From Halocafeteria seosinensis (lineage: Eukaryota), in NCBI GenBank assembly GCA_001687465.1, contig LVLI01000953.1:1-43566 (forward strand): a stretch of 43,566 nt of DNA, written 5' to 3'. The position numbers and the translations under genes are program-made. The notes below the pieces were generated by a model, which saw only the letters and a list, made by a program, of their open reading frames with translations, was not told the origin of the DNA and searched no databases. How positions within the stretch are numbered: position 1 is the stretch's first letter; every line of letters starts with the position of its first letter. Below, piece after piece: positions 12,069 through 24,200 of the stretch.

Positions 12069-13922
12069 CTAATTGCCATCGGACTCATCACTTCCCGAGT
12101 CCACTTCTACTTCCTGCTTCTCCGGAGCTGAGTCTTCGGTATTCTGTAACAACTCATCCAGTGCTTCATGGGCGTTCTGCGCTACCTCGTCGGTTGCTCC
12201 AAGTGGTGGATCTCCTCCAACGTCGGTAAAAAACAAGGGAGTGGAACCCAAGGTATCATCCTTCTCATTGATTGAGGATACTTTGCGTGGTTTAGCGGAC
12301 CGACTGGCGGTATGTTGACTCCAGATAGACCAAAGAAGCCGCACATCTTCCACGTCAGGAAGCGGGCCCGTGTTGTCTTCCGCTTCCTGCAGGACAAGTC
12401 GTGCGGTTATGTCTGTACAAACTGTTTTCCTGAACAAGTGTTCTGATATAGACGCGCGTTTCACATTCCCAAAGTGGTATCTGAACACGTGTCGTGCAAG
12501 CTGAGTCATTCGGTCAAGCGCTGCTTGTTCAGTATCAGCGAGTGAGGCAAACGTTTTGAAAGAATAAATCCATGCCAGCAATTCGCTCGGAAGAGGGCAC
12601 AGCTGCATGAATTCCTTTACTTGCGATATAATATGATCAATATCTGATATTAGATGTAAGGCTTGATCCATGGAGTCGTGTTTCTCTGTCTCCGATTCCT
12701 GTACCACGTATCTAGAGTGCCTTAGTTTCTCGATAAATCCAGCAGCAGTAACCAGTAACGAGAAGTAAAGTTCCGAATGTAAAATATAGAGCCCACTCGA
12801 TTGAGCTGCAGTAAAATGAGACTGGATAGATGCTTTGACTAAGCACTGGAAGAGCCTCCGCATATATTCGATTGTGAAGGCTTCTCCCACCAGAATCACA
12901 CTCTGAGAAAATGCCGTCCCGAATACTTGTCTATCCACCTCTGACATTCGACCTGCAATTGCGCAACAGGATTTCGTTGACTGAAACGCATAATCTGTCG
13001 CTGGACTCCCATGACGTCCGTAATAGAACGAGTGGACAGCAGTAACTATCTGGTCAAACTCAAATCGGGTCTTCCGAAGAGCCTGTATCCACTCTCCTGA
13101 CTGGAGCTTTTCATTTTTATGCAAGAAAGACCGGGCTTGTAATAATCCTGTTATACACAGGCATTGCTCCAGTGATGTACTGGAATCCTCTAAGCGATTC
13201 GTCGCTTCTTCGAAAGGCTTCTTGAAGAACGATGACACCTGAGGCAAAACATCGCGGCTGTATTTACGCCGAAGTCCAAACGAATTAATCACATCCCTTA
13301 TCGCTTTCACCAGATTGGGCAGTTCCATCTCGTCAGTAGTATCTATGGCGGAGGTAGTAAGGAGCATAACGCCACATTCAGCTAAGGCGTTCATGTAGGT
13401 CATTGCCGTCTCAGGATCCCAGTACAGTCGCTTATCGGAGAGCGCCATCCGACTAAGCCGAACCACTCGTTCCGCCCACATTGCACCACTCTTCTTCCCC
13501 GAGGAGTGCTCAGTATCATTATGCAGCGCAATTTGCACCATTGTGGCAGCGTTGGCCCACGGACGCAGCGCCCATTCGCACCGCAGTTCATTCGTTTCCC
13601 GACTGTCGCCATACAGGTCGTTCTCCGTGACTCTGCAGCCATCGTAAACTTGACAGGACGGGCTGGAATCATCCCATAATTGAGAAATCCAGCTCTGAAC
13701 GTCAGCAATACCCTCCTGGACAGCCTTTGCCGGCGCCGTTTTCTCTGTTTCAAAGCCATTTCCGGCCTCTCTGTCCACCGCACGAGCAGGCGACTTGGAT
13801 GAAGCTCCTTTGCGTCGTTTGGAAGGAGTGGATCTCGAGCTAGAAACATCTGTATCAGCATATAAACCCTGTTTGGGAACTTGCGAACCTCGCTTATGCG
13901 ACGTCTGCCGAGTCCCTCTCAT
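12069..13922 (-). CDS. Hypothetical protein, 617 aa: basic N-terminus (possible NLS), helical core, acidic C-terminal tail
   Basis: Long uninterrupted ORF with protein-like composition; PSKRRK near the N-terminus. No family recognised. Confidence 0.75.
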   Translation of the reverse strand: MRGTRQTSHKRGSQVPKQGLYADTDVSSSRSTPSKRRKGASSKSPARAVDREAGNGFETEKTAPAKAVQEGIADVQSWISQLWDDSSPSCQVYDGCRVTENDLYGDSRETNELRCEWALRPWANAATMVQIALHNDTEHSSGKKSGAMWAERVVRLSRMALSDKRLYWDPETAMTYMNALAECGVMLLTTSAIDTTDEMELPNLVKAIRDVINSFGLRRKYSRDVLPQVSSFFKKPFEEATNRLEDSSTSLEQCLCITGLLQARSFLHKNEKLQSGEWIQALRKTRFEFDQIVTAVHSFYYGRHGSPATDYAFQSTKSCCAIAGRMSEVDRQVFGTAFSQSVILVGEAFTIEYMRRLFQCLVKASIQSHFTAAQSSGLYILHSELYFSLLVTAAGFIEKLRHSRYVVQESETEKHDSMDQALHLISDIDHIISQVKEFMQLCPLPSELLAWIYSFKTFASLADTEQAALDRMTQLARHVFRYHFGNVKRASISEHLFRKTVCTDITARLVLQEAEDNTGPLPDVEDVRLLWSIWSQHTASRSAKPRKVSSINEKDDTLGSTPLFFTDVGGDPPLGATDEVAQNAHEALDELLQNTEDSAPEKQEVEVDSGSDESDGN

Positions 13923-14911
13923 TCTGTTTCCGTCACTTTACAGTTCCCGCCACGCGTTCCATACACTCAAACACACCAACAAGGATACAAAGAACCATCC
14001 AGCGTGCAAACAGGTGGGATATACACGTGTGTATACAGACAAAACGGGACAGGACTCCACATCCAGGAGTCAGTTTCAACTTCAACTTCAACTTCAGGGC
14101 CTGCCTGCAGAGGAATTCAAACGTTCAAACGCCGAACGGAGGGAAGCAGAAGACAGGAGGAGACTACCGTAAAGTTTTTTCGTCCTGATCAGGGGTTTAT
14201 TTGCAATTCCGATTGGGAAAACTGCGGGTAGCTGGTTTTGTTTCGACCGGAACTCATGTGGCACATGCTTCCTTAGCTTCCATTGACAGCGGAGACAGAA
14301 AATGGCTGAACTTGCTTTTTATCATATGTTGGAATTGAGAGTTCTCAGCAATGCATGTCCTGGTACAACTGTTGTAGCCCTTCTACTTAACACTCTTGCA
14401 ACGGTACACTGACTGTTGGGTGCAAGTTCCACCGGATGGCTACCACAATATGAATATGCAACGCTATTGTTTTGCACCTCAGTTTTGTCTTTCACCTTAT
14501 TTCCTCAGTTCAATATATTCAGAGTTCTATGCCTAAGTGAAACTCGCGTTGTCATGCAGATAGCAGGAAGCAAGGTCTGGGGTTTGGACTCATTGCAGCC
14601 GTAGTCTTGGGAATCCAAACTCCAACTTGCGATCCTATCCGCAACGGAACTGTGAAATTCAGCCTGCAGCACGTTCATACGCACGTAGAGAGATACACCA
14701 AGCCAGGATTGACTGTGTCGAGGTACGGTATGTGAATAGAGAATAGAGTTAGCTTGAAGTCTTATTGATGGAATATACGGTATAGAGTACCACCCAAGGA
14801 AGCGCACCATTGGTCGCAAGGAGGAACTTAACGGCTGCGCTTTTACACCTTCTACTGGTATTGGGCTGATTGACGTGCATAGAGGCAATCGGAACAAACA
14901 GACAACGCACG

Positions 14912-15896
14912 ATGCTATCCCTCCGTGATATCGCCTCAATGAGCAAAGATCTCCAGAGACTGCATAGGAAATGTGTCGAGGAGCATTCTCGCGTCGTGAA
15001 TGATCGTAACGACTTCCTCGAGGAAGTGTTGCGGCAGAGGAATTGGTTCAATAAGGAGGCGTCCAGGCTCGTTCAAAAGTTTCAGAGCATAATCAATCAG
15101 GTATGACGTTTGTTACTATGCCCGTTTCTAACCCTGTAATCTCACCTTGTTGAAATGGTTCCAGAATGTGCACACACTGGAGAATCGTGTTCATCATCTC
15201 TACCAACAAGTGACTGACCCCCAGGGAAGAATTGCAGCATGGGTACGTGGCGTGGCAACCAACTCGCTCCCCTCTATTCTGGGCACATCAACCTGTCTCT
15301 GCCTCTTCTCAGTCCAAGGTGACTAAACGAGACCAAGAAATCAAGAAACTGAAAGACGCGAATGCAAAGTTACAAGCAGCACTAAACGCTGAAAAGGTGA
15401 GTCGAGTTTCTGACAGATTCATCACCGTGTCGTTGAGATACCACATTAGTTGATACGGCAGGGCACTTCCAATTCTTTTTCGTACGAGAACCAGCAGCTG
15501 CATCAACAAGTTGCTGAATTGAAAAGGGAGAACGAAGATATTCGAAGAGGGTATCAACATAAAATCCAGAAGCTCAAACAGATGGCAGTGAAAAGGCAAA
15601 AAGAGTCCGCCTTTCGGTTATCCTCAACGATGCCGATATCCACCAAAGCAAAGTTTGAGTCTTCTGTAGGATCCGACGCCGAACATGGAGGCTTGCGAGC
15701 TTCTAATAAAGTCCACAGCAGCAGAAAGTTGGACGTTTCGTCAATTCCTAAGGCAACGAAAAGTGGTGCTGAGGACACCGTGGACTCCTCCACAACTGAA
15801 AGACGTAAGCCGGAGAAGAACCAACAACAGGGTGCTAGATTGCCGAGGAAACGCCACCGCAGGCATCGGCCTGCCGACCGACCAGGATCTGACTAA
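14912..15896 (+). CDS. Coiled-coil hypothetical protein, about 261 aa, 4 exons
   Basis: Introns 15101-15164, 15243-15312 and 15397-15461 (64-70 nt, GT-AG) join three ORF-track frames. Heptad-like stretches include EIKKLKDANAKLQAALN and LHQQVAELKRENEDIRR. The start codon is uncertain. Confidence 0.65.
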
Positions 15897-15910
15897 CTGT
15901 TGGAGCCACG

Positions 15911-18900
15911 TTATGTCGCTTTGGTTTCTTTATTAAGCTCTCCTAGAGCCTTGAGTTGTTTTTTCGCTGAGTAGTACACGTGATACAGTTCGTCGTATAG
16001 CTCTCTAAGTGGAAGTTCTTCGGAGGCTAGTATTTGAGGACGTAGCTCGATGAGGGCAGGACGCAGCGTTTCGTATCGGAATTTCAGCACGTCTTTGAAC
16101 CCCGGCTTTTTGCACTTGCCAACTGTAGACGACTCTGCCGGTGTCCTTTCAGCTTTTGTCGCGGTGGAAGATTTAAGGGAAAGGGGCGAAAACGCGCTGT
16201 GGTTGTTGCTTGTTTGTTTGAGCATTCGCAGTTGTCTAAGAAGTGAAGCCTTCTCAGCTTTTATTCTCCATACTCTTCCAGTACTATCCGTGGCATTAAT
16301 CTCCCTTTGCCAGTTATCTTCCAGATGGTAGTGGTATTCCGTCTCCCCGGCATCTCCATCATTGCGTTTCCTCTTGCGTGGAGTGACATATTGCTGGTGA
16401 TTTGCACTGTCAAGCGAAGAGGACCGTCCTGTGTAGGTGCTATTCGGAACTCTGGGGTGTTTCTGTTGAGGAGGTGTAGAGATGCCGCTATAGTCGTTCT
16501 TAACCCCGTCGAACGCTGCATACTTCGATAGCGATGTTTTGGTGTCTGGCGAAGTTAAACTTCGTCGTTGGTATTGGTGCCGCTTTAACGATTTCATCGA
16601 ACTTGCGGAGGGTGGCGGGCTGAATAGGCCTTGCTCTTTTTGTCCCCGGCGGTTGTCTGGCGGCCCTCTATGTTTGCCCTCGGAAATCCCGTAAGCTAAA
16701 GCTAAAGGGTCTGGGCCTGGATTATGTGTAGCCGTACTTGAGGCGAGGTTATTTGTTTGTCTGCTGTACTGCCGGTATCCTGAGCGGTGTCTATCCCTTG
16801 CTTTTGGAAACGGTTTCTGCTGGGACTGCTTTCCGGTGAAAGAAGCCGACGTCTGCTTGTAAATGCGTCCCTGGTCGTCCTGCGGTTGGGTGTCTTCTGA
16901 CGACGTGGATGATCTTTGGGCGTGGGTCCCACCACCGCTTGAGTGGGAATTATCAGCACCCTCTTCTTCAAACTTGAGCCGACGGGATACCGAAGACACA
17001 CTCGTTTCACTTCGCAACTCACGTAGTGAGGACGCAGTGTCCTGAGGAATACGGTCGCTTTGACCTCTGCTCTGGCTACTGGCGAGAGCTTTCAGTTCCT
17101 CATCTATTTCCGCTGATCCTGTGTAATGGGTTTTGTCCCCGGTTTCACGGGGCGAATCTACTTCCTGCCGAACCGTCTCGGCTTCACTATCTTGAGAATC
17201 ACCTTCTTGGAAAGACTTCTCATAGTTATGACTGCCACTTTTGTTCTTCCCCTCTGTGTTCTTCAAATCCCCAGGATTTTTGCAGGATGTGTCATGTCCT
17301 GTTTCTCTAGTGCTTGGAGACTGGGCAGTGGGGGAAACATGTACAGAGCGCTCCTTTTCGAGATGAGCAATATCCAACTCAGTGACAACGGAGCCGGAAA
17401 GAGAAAAAACGCTATAATCCGCCAGGCTCTTCATTGTAGAGCAAGCAGACATGTCACTATCAGATGCTCTTGCCAAAGTTTCAATAGGATTTTGTTGGGC
17501 ACTTGTTCGGTACTCTCCGATTTTCTTATTCATTTCAGAGCTCGATGATATCGTTCTCACCCTCTCCAAAAATTCAGATGCCTCCTGGTACTCGGAATAT
17601 GCCCGGAAGAGTTGCGATGCCACTTCTCCCTTGTTTCGAAAAGGTCCGCGCATGCCCAGTGAGCGCACGGCAGCGTCCAGCGTTTTCCTGGTATTCTTTG
17701 AAGTAATTTCCGTCTTACTACGCTCCAAGTCTATACCTAAGCACCCAAACGATTCCTGTTTTTCGTTCCAAAACTCTGATACCTGCGGACTGCAATGATA
17801 CTTCGAAATGTCTTTGTTCGCAAAATCCATGGGAAAGATGGCGAGGCATCTTACTCTAACCCGACACACTCCAACGAAGGGAGCTTACCCAACGCAAGGA
17901 TAATTCTAGGAGTGATTAGGGAACAGCCAATTAGGTCGAGTATTCTGTCAAATGTGTCAACACAGCTTATTTCCAACATTGAACGATATCAACATATACT
18001 ATTCTTCTTTCACTCACTTCACATGAGCTAGAGCGCCTTGGGTGATTTCAAACATTTTATCCTCAATGTCACAATGCCTCAACGACAGGCATTCAAGGGA
18101 GCCTCCCATGGGAAGTAGACTGCAAGCACAAACGAAATACACAATTCAAACTTTTTTTCGCCATAAGTGAAAGTGTGCACTTACTCGTCTAACGAGTTCC
18201 AGCAGCTCAGCGGTGCTCCTTTTAATAGTAAGCATTTCAAATGTTTCTCATGATCTTTTAGAGCTTTAAGATACTTCTGTGGCTCAGTGAAGTGGAATGA
18301 CGAAGGCTTTCCTTAGCCGGACGCATACCAAGGCTTACTTCTTGTCCGCAAAAGTTAGTGTCTTGAAGATCCAAACATTGTGTACCAACGGGAGCAAAGG
18401 GCAACCAGTGGTCGATTGTAACCAGCGTATTTGAGCCTCGGTAACCCTGTAGGAACGTACATTTATACATACAATAATTAAGAATGAGCGGCCACGTCAA
18501 TTCGGGCAAAGAGAAAATCCCTTCACTTACATCAAGAATCAGATGAAAGATATCTTGAATTTTCGTGTATAGTTCTTTCTCTTTCGATTCGTCGGAATCT
18601 GTCGCATTCTCCAGGATCCTGTCCAGACTCGGTGCCAAGTTAGTATATCGTGACCTGGAGGCCACATCATTCAAGACTGACAAAAATAATGGCATTGACT
18701 CCGAATCCTTTACAGGTTCTCGTTCCTTGGAATTGTAGTCCTTGTAGTCATCCGATGTGACCGGTGCTGACATCCGCTGCTTATAACTCTCCACGGGGGT
18801 AATTTGTTTCGGTTGCACGCGTAAATCCACGGACGACAGCGACGTAGCTACCGTTTTCGTTGGTCCATTGGACTCAGTACCACAAGCCGTAGGGGACGAA

Positions 18901-19151
18901 AAGGTCGCCTGGGAATCCTTACGGATTTCCTCTGGTAGACTTGACATGGATAGGGGCGCTTGGGATCCCGGCGAGTCCGTTTCTCCGGGGGAATTGTTGT
19001 TCCCCGAGCCAGATCCATCCCATTCCGAGTCCAACGAGTACGATGGCGTCATCAACCGCGAGCGACGCTTGAGGGAACGACTGCGCTGGATTGGAATTGA
19101 CATTCTAGCGCTCTCCCCCGGTTGTTTCAATGTCAACTTCCACGTCTCCAT
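15911..19151 (-). CDS. Leucine-rich-repeat protein with long S/T-rich disordered flanks, about 963 aa, 6 exons
   Basis: Introns 18530-18447, 18338-18277, 18184-18120, 18017-17945 and 17854-17790 fuse ORFs 18258..19151 and 15911..17869. The micro-exons encode LRR units TQCLDLQDT, LKCLLLKGA, LECLSLRHCDI, VKILDLIGCSLIT and LECVGL. Confidence 0.75.
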
Positions 19152-21268
19152 ACACTACACCCAATCGATCTCTCGATGTACCACTTGTATATCGAGGAGA
19201 GCTGTTAATAAGCTAACAATCCACCCGGAGTGCCACGGCAGCCATGCTCAATCTCTCCCGTAGAGACGATTTTTGAATGTGAAGAAAAGCGCGCTCTGAG
19301 CTGACGTCGCACGCTCGTTGTAGCTACAACAGGCTTCTTCCCCAAACTTGATGGTACGAAACTAATTCGGCTCATTTTCAAGCAGACTGGCATAGGAAAA
19401 TTTGAAATAAACAATTTCCCCCTGGAAATACTGTTATGCACGCAATACTGAAGTCATGGGAACGTTTTTGAATACTGAGGAGCGGAACAAGGATACGTTC
19501 GGTTACCCGCTATGTTGTTACAGTGCATGCGTGAAAGAATACACAGTCGATATCACAGAACGAAGTCTACCCTGCCCTGTCAATAAAGATCAGTGTCACA
19601 GATATTCAGTCGGATAACGTGGTGCGAAACAAACAACTCTTACACATGGTACAGTGTACTTAAAAACCCACAATTACCCTAATTTCACCATGATGCCAAG
19701 GAGGCACACCACCAACAAGTTCAACACTCCTAGGATTCGCGTTCCTTCCTTAGGTAAGCGTCCTTTGATTTCGGGCATCCCTTGCTCAGGCTCCTCTGGA
19801 GTTGACAACTTGACACTTTCAGACTGAACCGTTCGACGGTTGTCCGAACGTGTCCACCCTTGCTTTGAAAGTTTGGCGTACCTTTTGCAGGCGATCCCAT
19901 CAAATTCAACTCATGAAACGTGGGCTGATTTGCACCCCTTAAAGATCTCAGAACCATTTTTGGGTAGAGAAGATTCTACCAAGTTGTGGAACCGTGCGAC
20001 CTCCACTCCTGTTGTCAGGTTTAGAGCAGGCCCGAGAGGTCCGACCTTGAGCTAATGTTCAGCCCGTTAATATCTCAAAGCCAACCTTGTGTAGCCAGAA
20101 CTTGGTCAAAGGACCCACTCACTTCTCCGATGGCTTGGACTAGCAAGTTTTTGAAGCGTGCGACCCCACAACTCCGTTCCGGACTTCCATATACAGGTAG
20201 GAGTGTATAGACCACCGCGCTCGTTCGCTAAATGTCTTGGAAAACGAAGTTGTTCATGAGGATGTACATGAAGGCCTAAGTTCTTTCTTCTATTTTCATA
20301 CGTTACCCCTATGGAACATCTTCTGCCATTGTAATCTTCTTGTTCGACGTTTGGCTTGCCACATCTCCGTTTAGACTACGTTGTAGGACGCACTCTTGCA
20401 GTGGGCGCATGAGCGACACAGTGTGCATCCGTGTGAATACACATGCAACTATTATGAGGGACGAAATAGGCTAACAAATTTAGTCTTTTATGGACCAGGT
20501 TGGTGTATCTAGTTCGTGATCTCCCTTGCTTCCGCACATACTTCCGCGGGTACAACTTGTGTGATGCCTTAAACTTTTTGAAGGCTTAAAGCCTTCCCTG
20601 GAATGACTAGTTGTACATTCGGAACAATAGGATATGCGATTATTTCTACAGAGTGATGTTATCGGAACTCGTTCGAGCATGTATAGTTGTTGAAGCGTGA
20701 GAGCCAGTGCGTTCTCGGCCTCCCGCAACCGGGAAACCACCGAAAACGACATGTTTTCCTTCAGCTGCCGTATATTCATAAAGAAAGACAAACGCAAGAC
20801 AAATAAGTACGCACTCATGTGTCCAGAATCTATTTCTTCGCCGTCGCAACCTGCTAACATGGCTTCCCCCACTTGCGGACAGTTGGGGGGCAGCGCCCGT
20901 CGGTTGAAGCCCGCTCCCCCATCGAATCAGTCACCACTGGTATTCCATAACCGTATATCTACTCAAAGTGCACGGCGCCCCAGTCCTTAAGAATTGAACT
21001 GAGTTGTTTCTGAACGTTACATTAGGAACCGTGTCTGCGAACTCAGTTGTCAACACTTATGTGAGTGGACCGACGGCATTGTCGGACAAGGCCTTCCAAA
21101 CCAGCGACTGTTCGAAGTTCTGGAAAATTCGAACCAACTGCTGTTAGAGTAAGTAAGAAATCTAACTCTGCCGGTTTCGTACTTTTGATACATACAAAAT
21201 GGGAGCAATGCTGTGTTCTAGGGGCAACCCCTTTCAGTGCTCCATTCCCTCGCGACTTAATGATTCCT

Positions 21269-24200
21269 TGCCTCTTCAACGGGTTGAAGCCGTTTAGTCC
21301 ACGATAGACCACTCGGTATAAGGCATTTGTCAAGTCTGGTGCTATTAAGTGTACAAACACAGAACGTCTCGTCGAAATCGTTTGGTGACGCATACTTAAC
21401 ACGCGTGAATACAGTGTAGTCTGAAATCTGCCAATTCCGTGGAAAAAGAACAATTGCTCAGGCTTTCTTGACCTTTCGCAAACTGCGAATGCAGAGCCAC
21501 GCTCTCCTGTACCCTGGCTTAATTGCGAACCAAGCAAGGCATCCATTCATCGTAAATTCGTGGTTTCCGAGAGCCGAAGAACTAGGTAAGTGTTGCGTTT
21601 AGCTTCATTCTCTGTCCCCTGAGTGGCCCCCCAATTGAAGTCTCTGTTGCTCCTCGGTGGCAACTCCGTTCACGCCGAACACCCGACTGAGGGCGTGTCA
21701 AACCTCGGTGCGGGGCCTACTCCCCAACTTCTCGGGAGAGCTTCCCTGCAAGGGCGGTCCCTTTGGGAAAATGACCCACACGATGAGCATTGTGGAAACA
21801 CCTGGTGAGATGATAAGACTTCAACATACACTATTCAGACTTACACTAATCATTTTCGGGGCAAGAAAGCCGGAAGAGCACAGATAGTTAATTAGATTGT
21901 ATGCGATGAATTGTAGGTGGTTGCAGATGGCGTACCCATCAAGAATGAAGCTGTCAAGCGCGGTCGGCCTCCTAACAATATCTGCGTACTTGGTGAAGAC
22001 TGTCGCAGCCGGGTGCAGCTGGTACCATTCCTATTGGCACCCTTGTAATCCCGGCGAGTATATTCACTCGGGATGCTATTGGTGTAACGAAGAATGTTGT
22101 GACTGCCCCGTAAGTGGGACAACACTAGGGAACTCAAATTGTCTTACCTTCTAATCATCAGGCGGTTTCGTTTGTATCTACAGTCGGGGCAGTTTACCGA
22201 TAGCAAAAACGAAAATTCTTGTAAGAACTGCCCTAGAGGCGAGTACGCGTCAGGTGTTAGCAATGATCACTGTGATAACTGTCCGAGTGGTAAACATCAA
22301 TCATCATGGGGTCAATCCCACTGTGACTGGTGCCCCCACGGACAGATCTCTGGATGGGGAGACATCTGGTGCTCGAACTGTCCTGCTGGGAAGTACGAAA
22401 CTAACAGCCACAAGAGCTGCAGCTGGTGTCCAGGTGCGTATGCATTATTATCCCGACTATTTAGGTATTCTTGCGAAGGAACGTCTGCTCGCAGATGGGG
22501 AAACCAGCAATGATGGATGGAGTGGCTGCAGCGACTGCCCTGCTGGCAAATATGAACACGGCAAGAAGTCTTGCCGAAACTGCGCAGCAGGAAAATTCAG
22601 CAACCAGGGACGCAATTCTTGTAGACAATGCTCTGCGGGTCAGTTTGCAAGTGGAAGTGGAAACAGTCACTGTGATCAGTGCCCTTCCGGACGTTATCAA
22701 GACAGTTCAGGGGAAGACCACTGCGACGCTGCACCCCGAGGTCGGTATGCAAACAGTCGCACCAGCACAATGCCTTGCCCACGTGGAAGATATGGATCGT
22801 CTACTGGGTTAGCTAGCGCAAGCGACTGTAAAAGGTGTGCTGCCGGGAGGTACTCTAGTCACGAGGGCAATACCGCGCCCGGGGACTGCCGACTTTGTCC
22901 TGCCCAGAGACACGGAAATCCTGGAGACACCTCCTCGGATTGCGCCGGCGAGTGCCCAGCTGGTCGATATTGCCCTAAAGGCACGGCAGTGGGAGAAGAA
23001 CCCCCGTGTGGTGCCGTGGACCAGTTTTGCCCCAAAGGTAGTGAGCATCCTTTTTCCGTTTCGGAAGGTCATTACAGCGTCCCTCTAAGTGCCCATGAGA
23101 AGCTGAGGGAAAACCAAGTAGAATGCGAGCCTGGATATTACTGCACTGGAGGAGAAAGAATGAAATGTAAGGAGAGGTACTACGGCTCCGAATCAGGGCT
23201 GACGTCTCCGGAGTGTACGGGCCTTTGCGATAACGGCTACTTTTGCCCCGAGGGCAGCACATCAGCCAGAGAAGAGCCATGCTCGGATGATAACCCAGAA
23301 AAATATTGTGTGGAAGGATTCCGAAACCACTGCCCGTCAGATAGTTATACCACCCCGGAATCCCCGGACTACTCGCGGCGGAGCGGTTGCGAAGAGTGTC
23401 CTGTTGACTACGCATGCCACGGTGGCCTTAGGGTGAAGAAGCTGGCTTGGGAAGATCTCCACTGTGGGACCGACCCGAGGTTCGTGTTTGCACCCGAAAT
23501 TTCGAAAAAGAAAGAAGATGATGTAGACATAGGCAAGCCGCTGCTTCTTGAAGCAAGGCAAGAGTATCACTCCATCACCTACGAAATCGTATCGGTTCAA
23601 GAAAGTGGACGAAGGGGCGATGGACGGTTGTGCGAAGACGACATTACTTCTCAGTCACCATTTCGTATAGACAGCTACCTCGATGAAGCAACAATCTACC
23701 AGCCGAAGGATGACTCGGAGGCTATTGTCCAAACTAAAGGACAACTCAAAATTGGTAAAGGAGAGACCCTGGAGTTCGCTTCATGTGATAAGTATATGAT
23801 TGAAATCAAAGGAGTTTTTGATCAGGATGAGGAAGTCCGCTTAGAAGAGACTTGCAGTGTTTCTGTTGGCGTTGAATTTGTTAACTCTGCTCCAAGGCGG
23901 GTGGAGGGAGGGGATAGCAAGTTGCAAGTCACTGCCCGCCGGGGACAGCCGTTCAATGAGAGTGTCGGTGAGCCCTTACTGCAGTATTTTGAAGACCCTG
24001 ATGGAGATGAAATTGCATTTCGTATCGAGTCAGAAAGTGGCTGGCGCAGGCGGAACCTTGAAGGCGAAGATCATTTGTTTTTCATCGACAGTTGCTCCGG
24101 CCAAATCCGAGTCGGGGAACCTCTCGCATTGCAGCAGATGGATGAATTGGCTACTGTTACGTTGACCATAGTAGTGAGCGACAACCGTCCTCAAGATACA

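Noticed and set aside
14074..14096. Short (TTCAAC)n microsatellite and ORFs 13795/13881
   Set aside because: Only 3-4 units; the ORFs overlap the 5' end of the minus-strand gene and have no supporting features.
19700..21000. Possible spliced minus-strand gene and an imperfect 26-bp direct repeat (19976-20001, 20140-20165)
   Set aside because: Splice-like signals exist, but I could not assemble a convincing long frame; left uncalled.
22254..22494. ORF-track N-terminus of the 3820-aa ORF (MLAMITVIT...)
   Set aside because: It is an off-frame reading of exon 2 plus intron 2; splicing gives a signal peptide and Cys-rich repeats instead.
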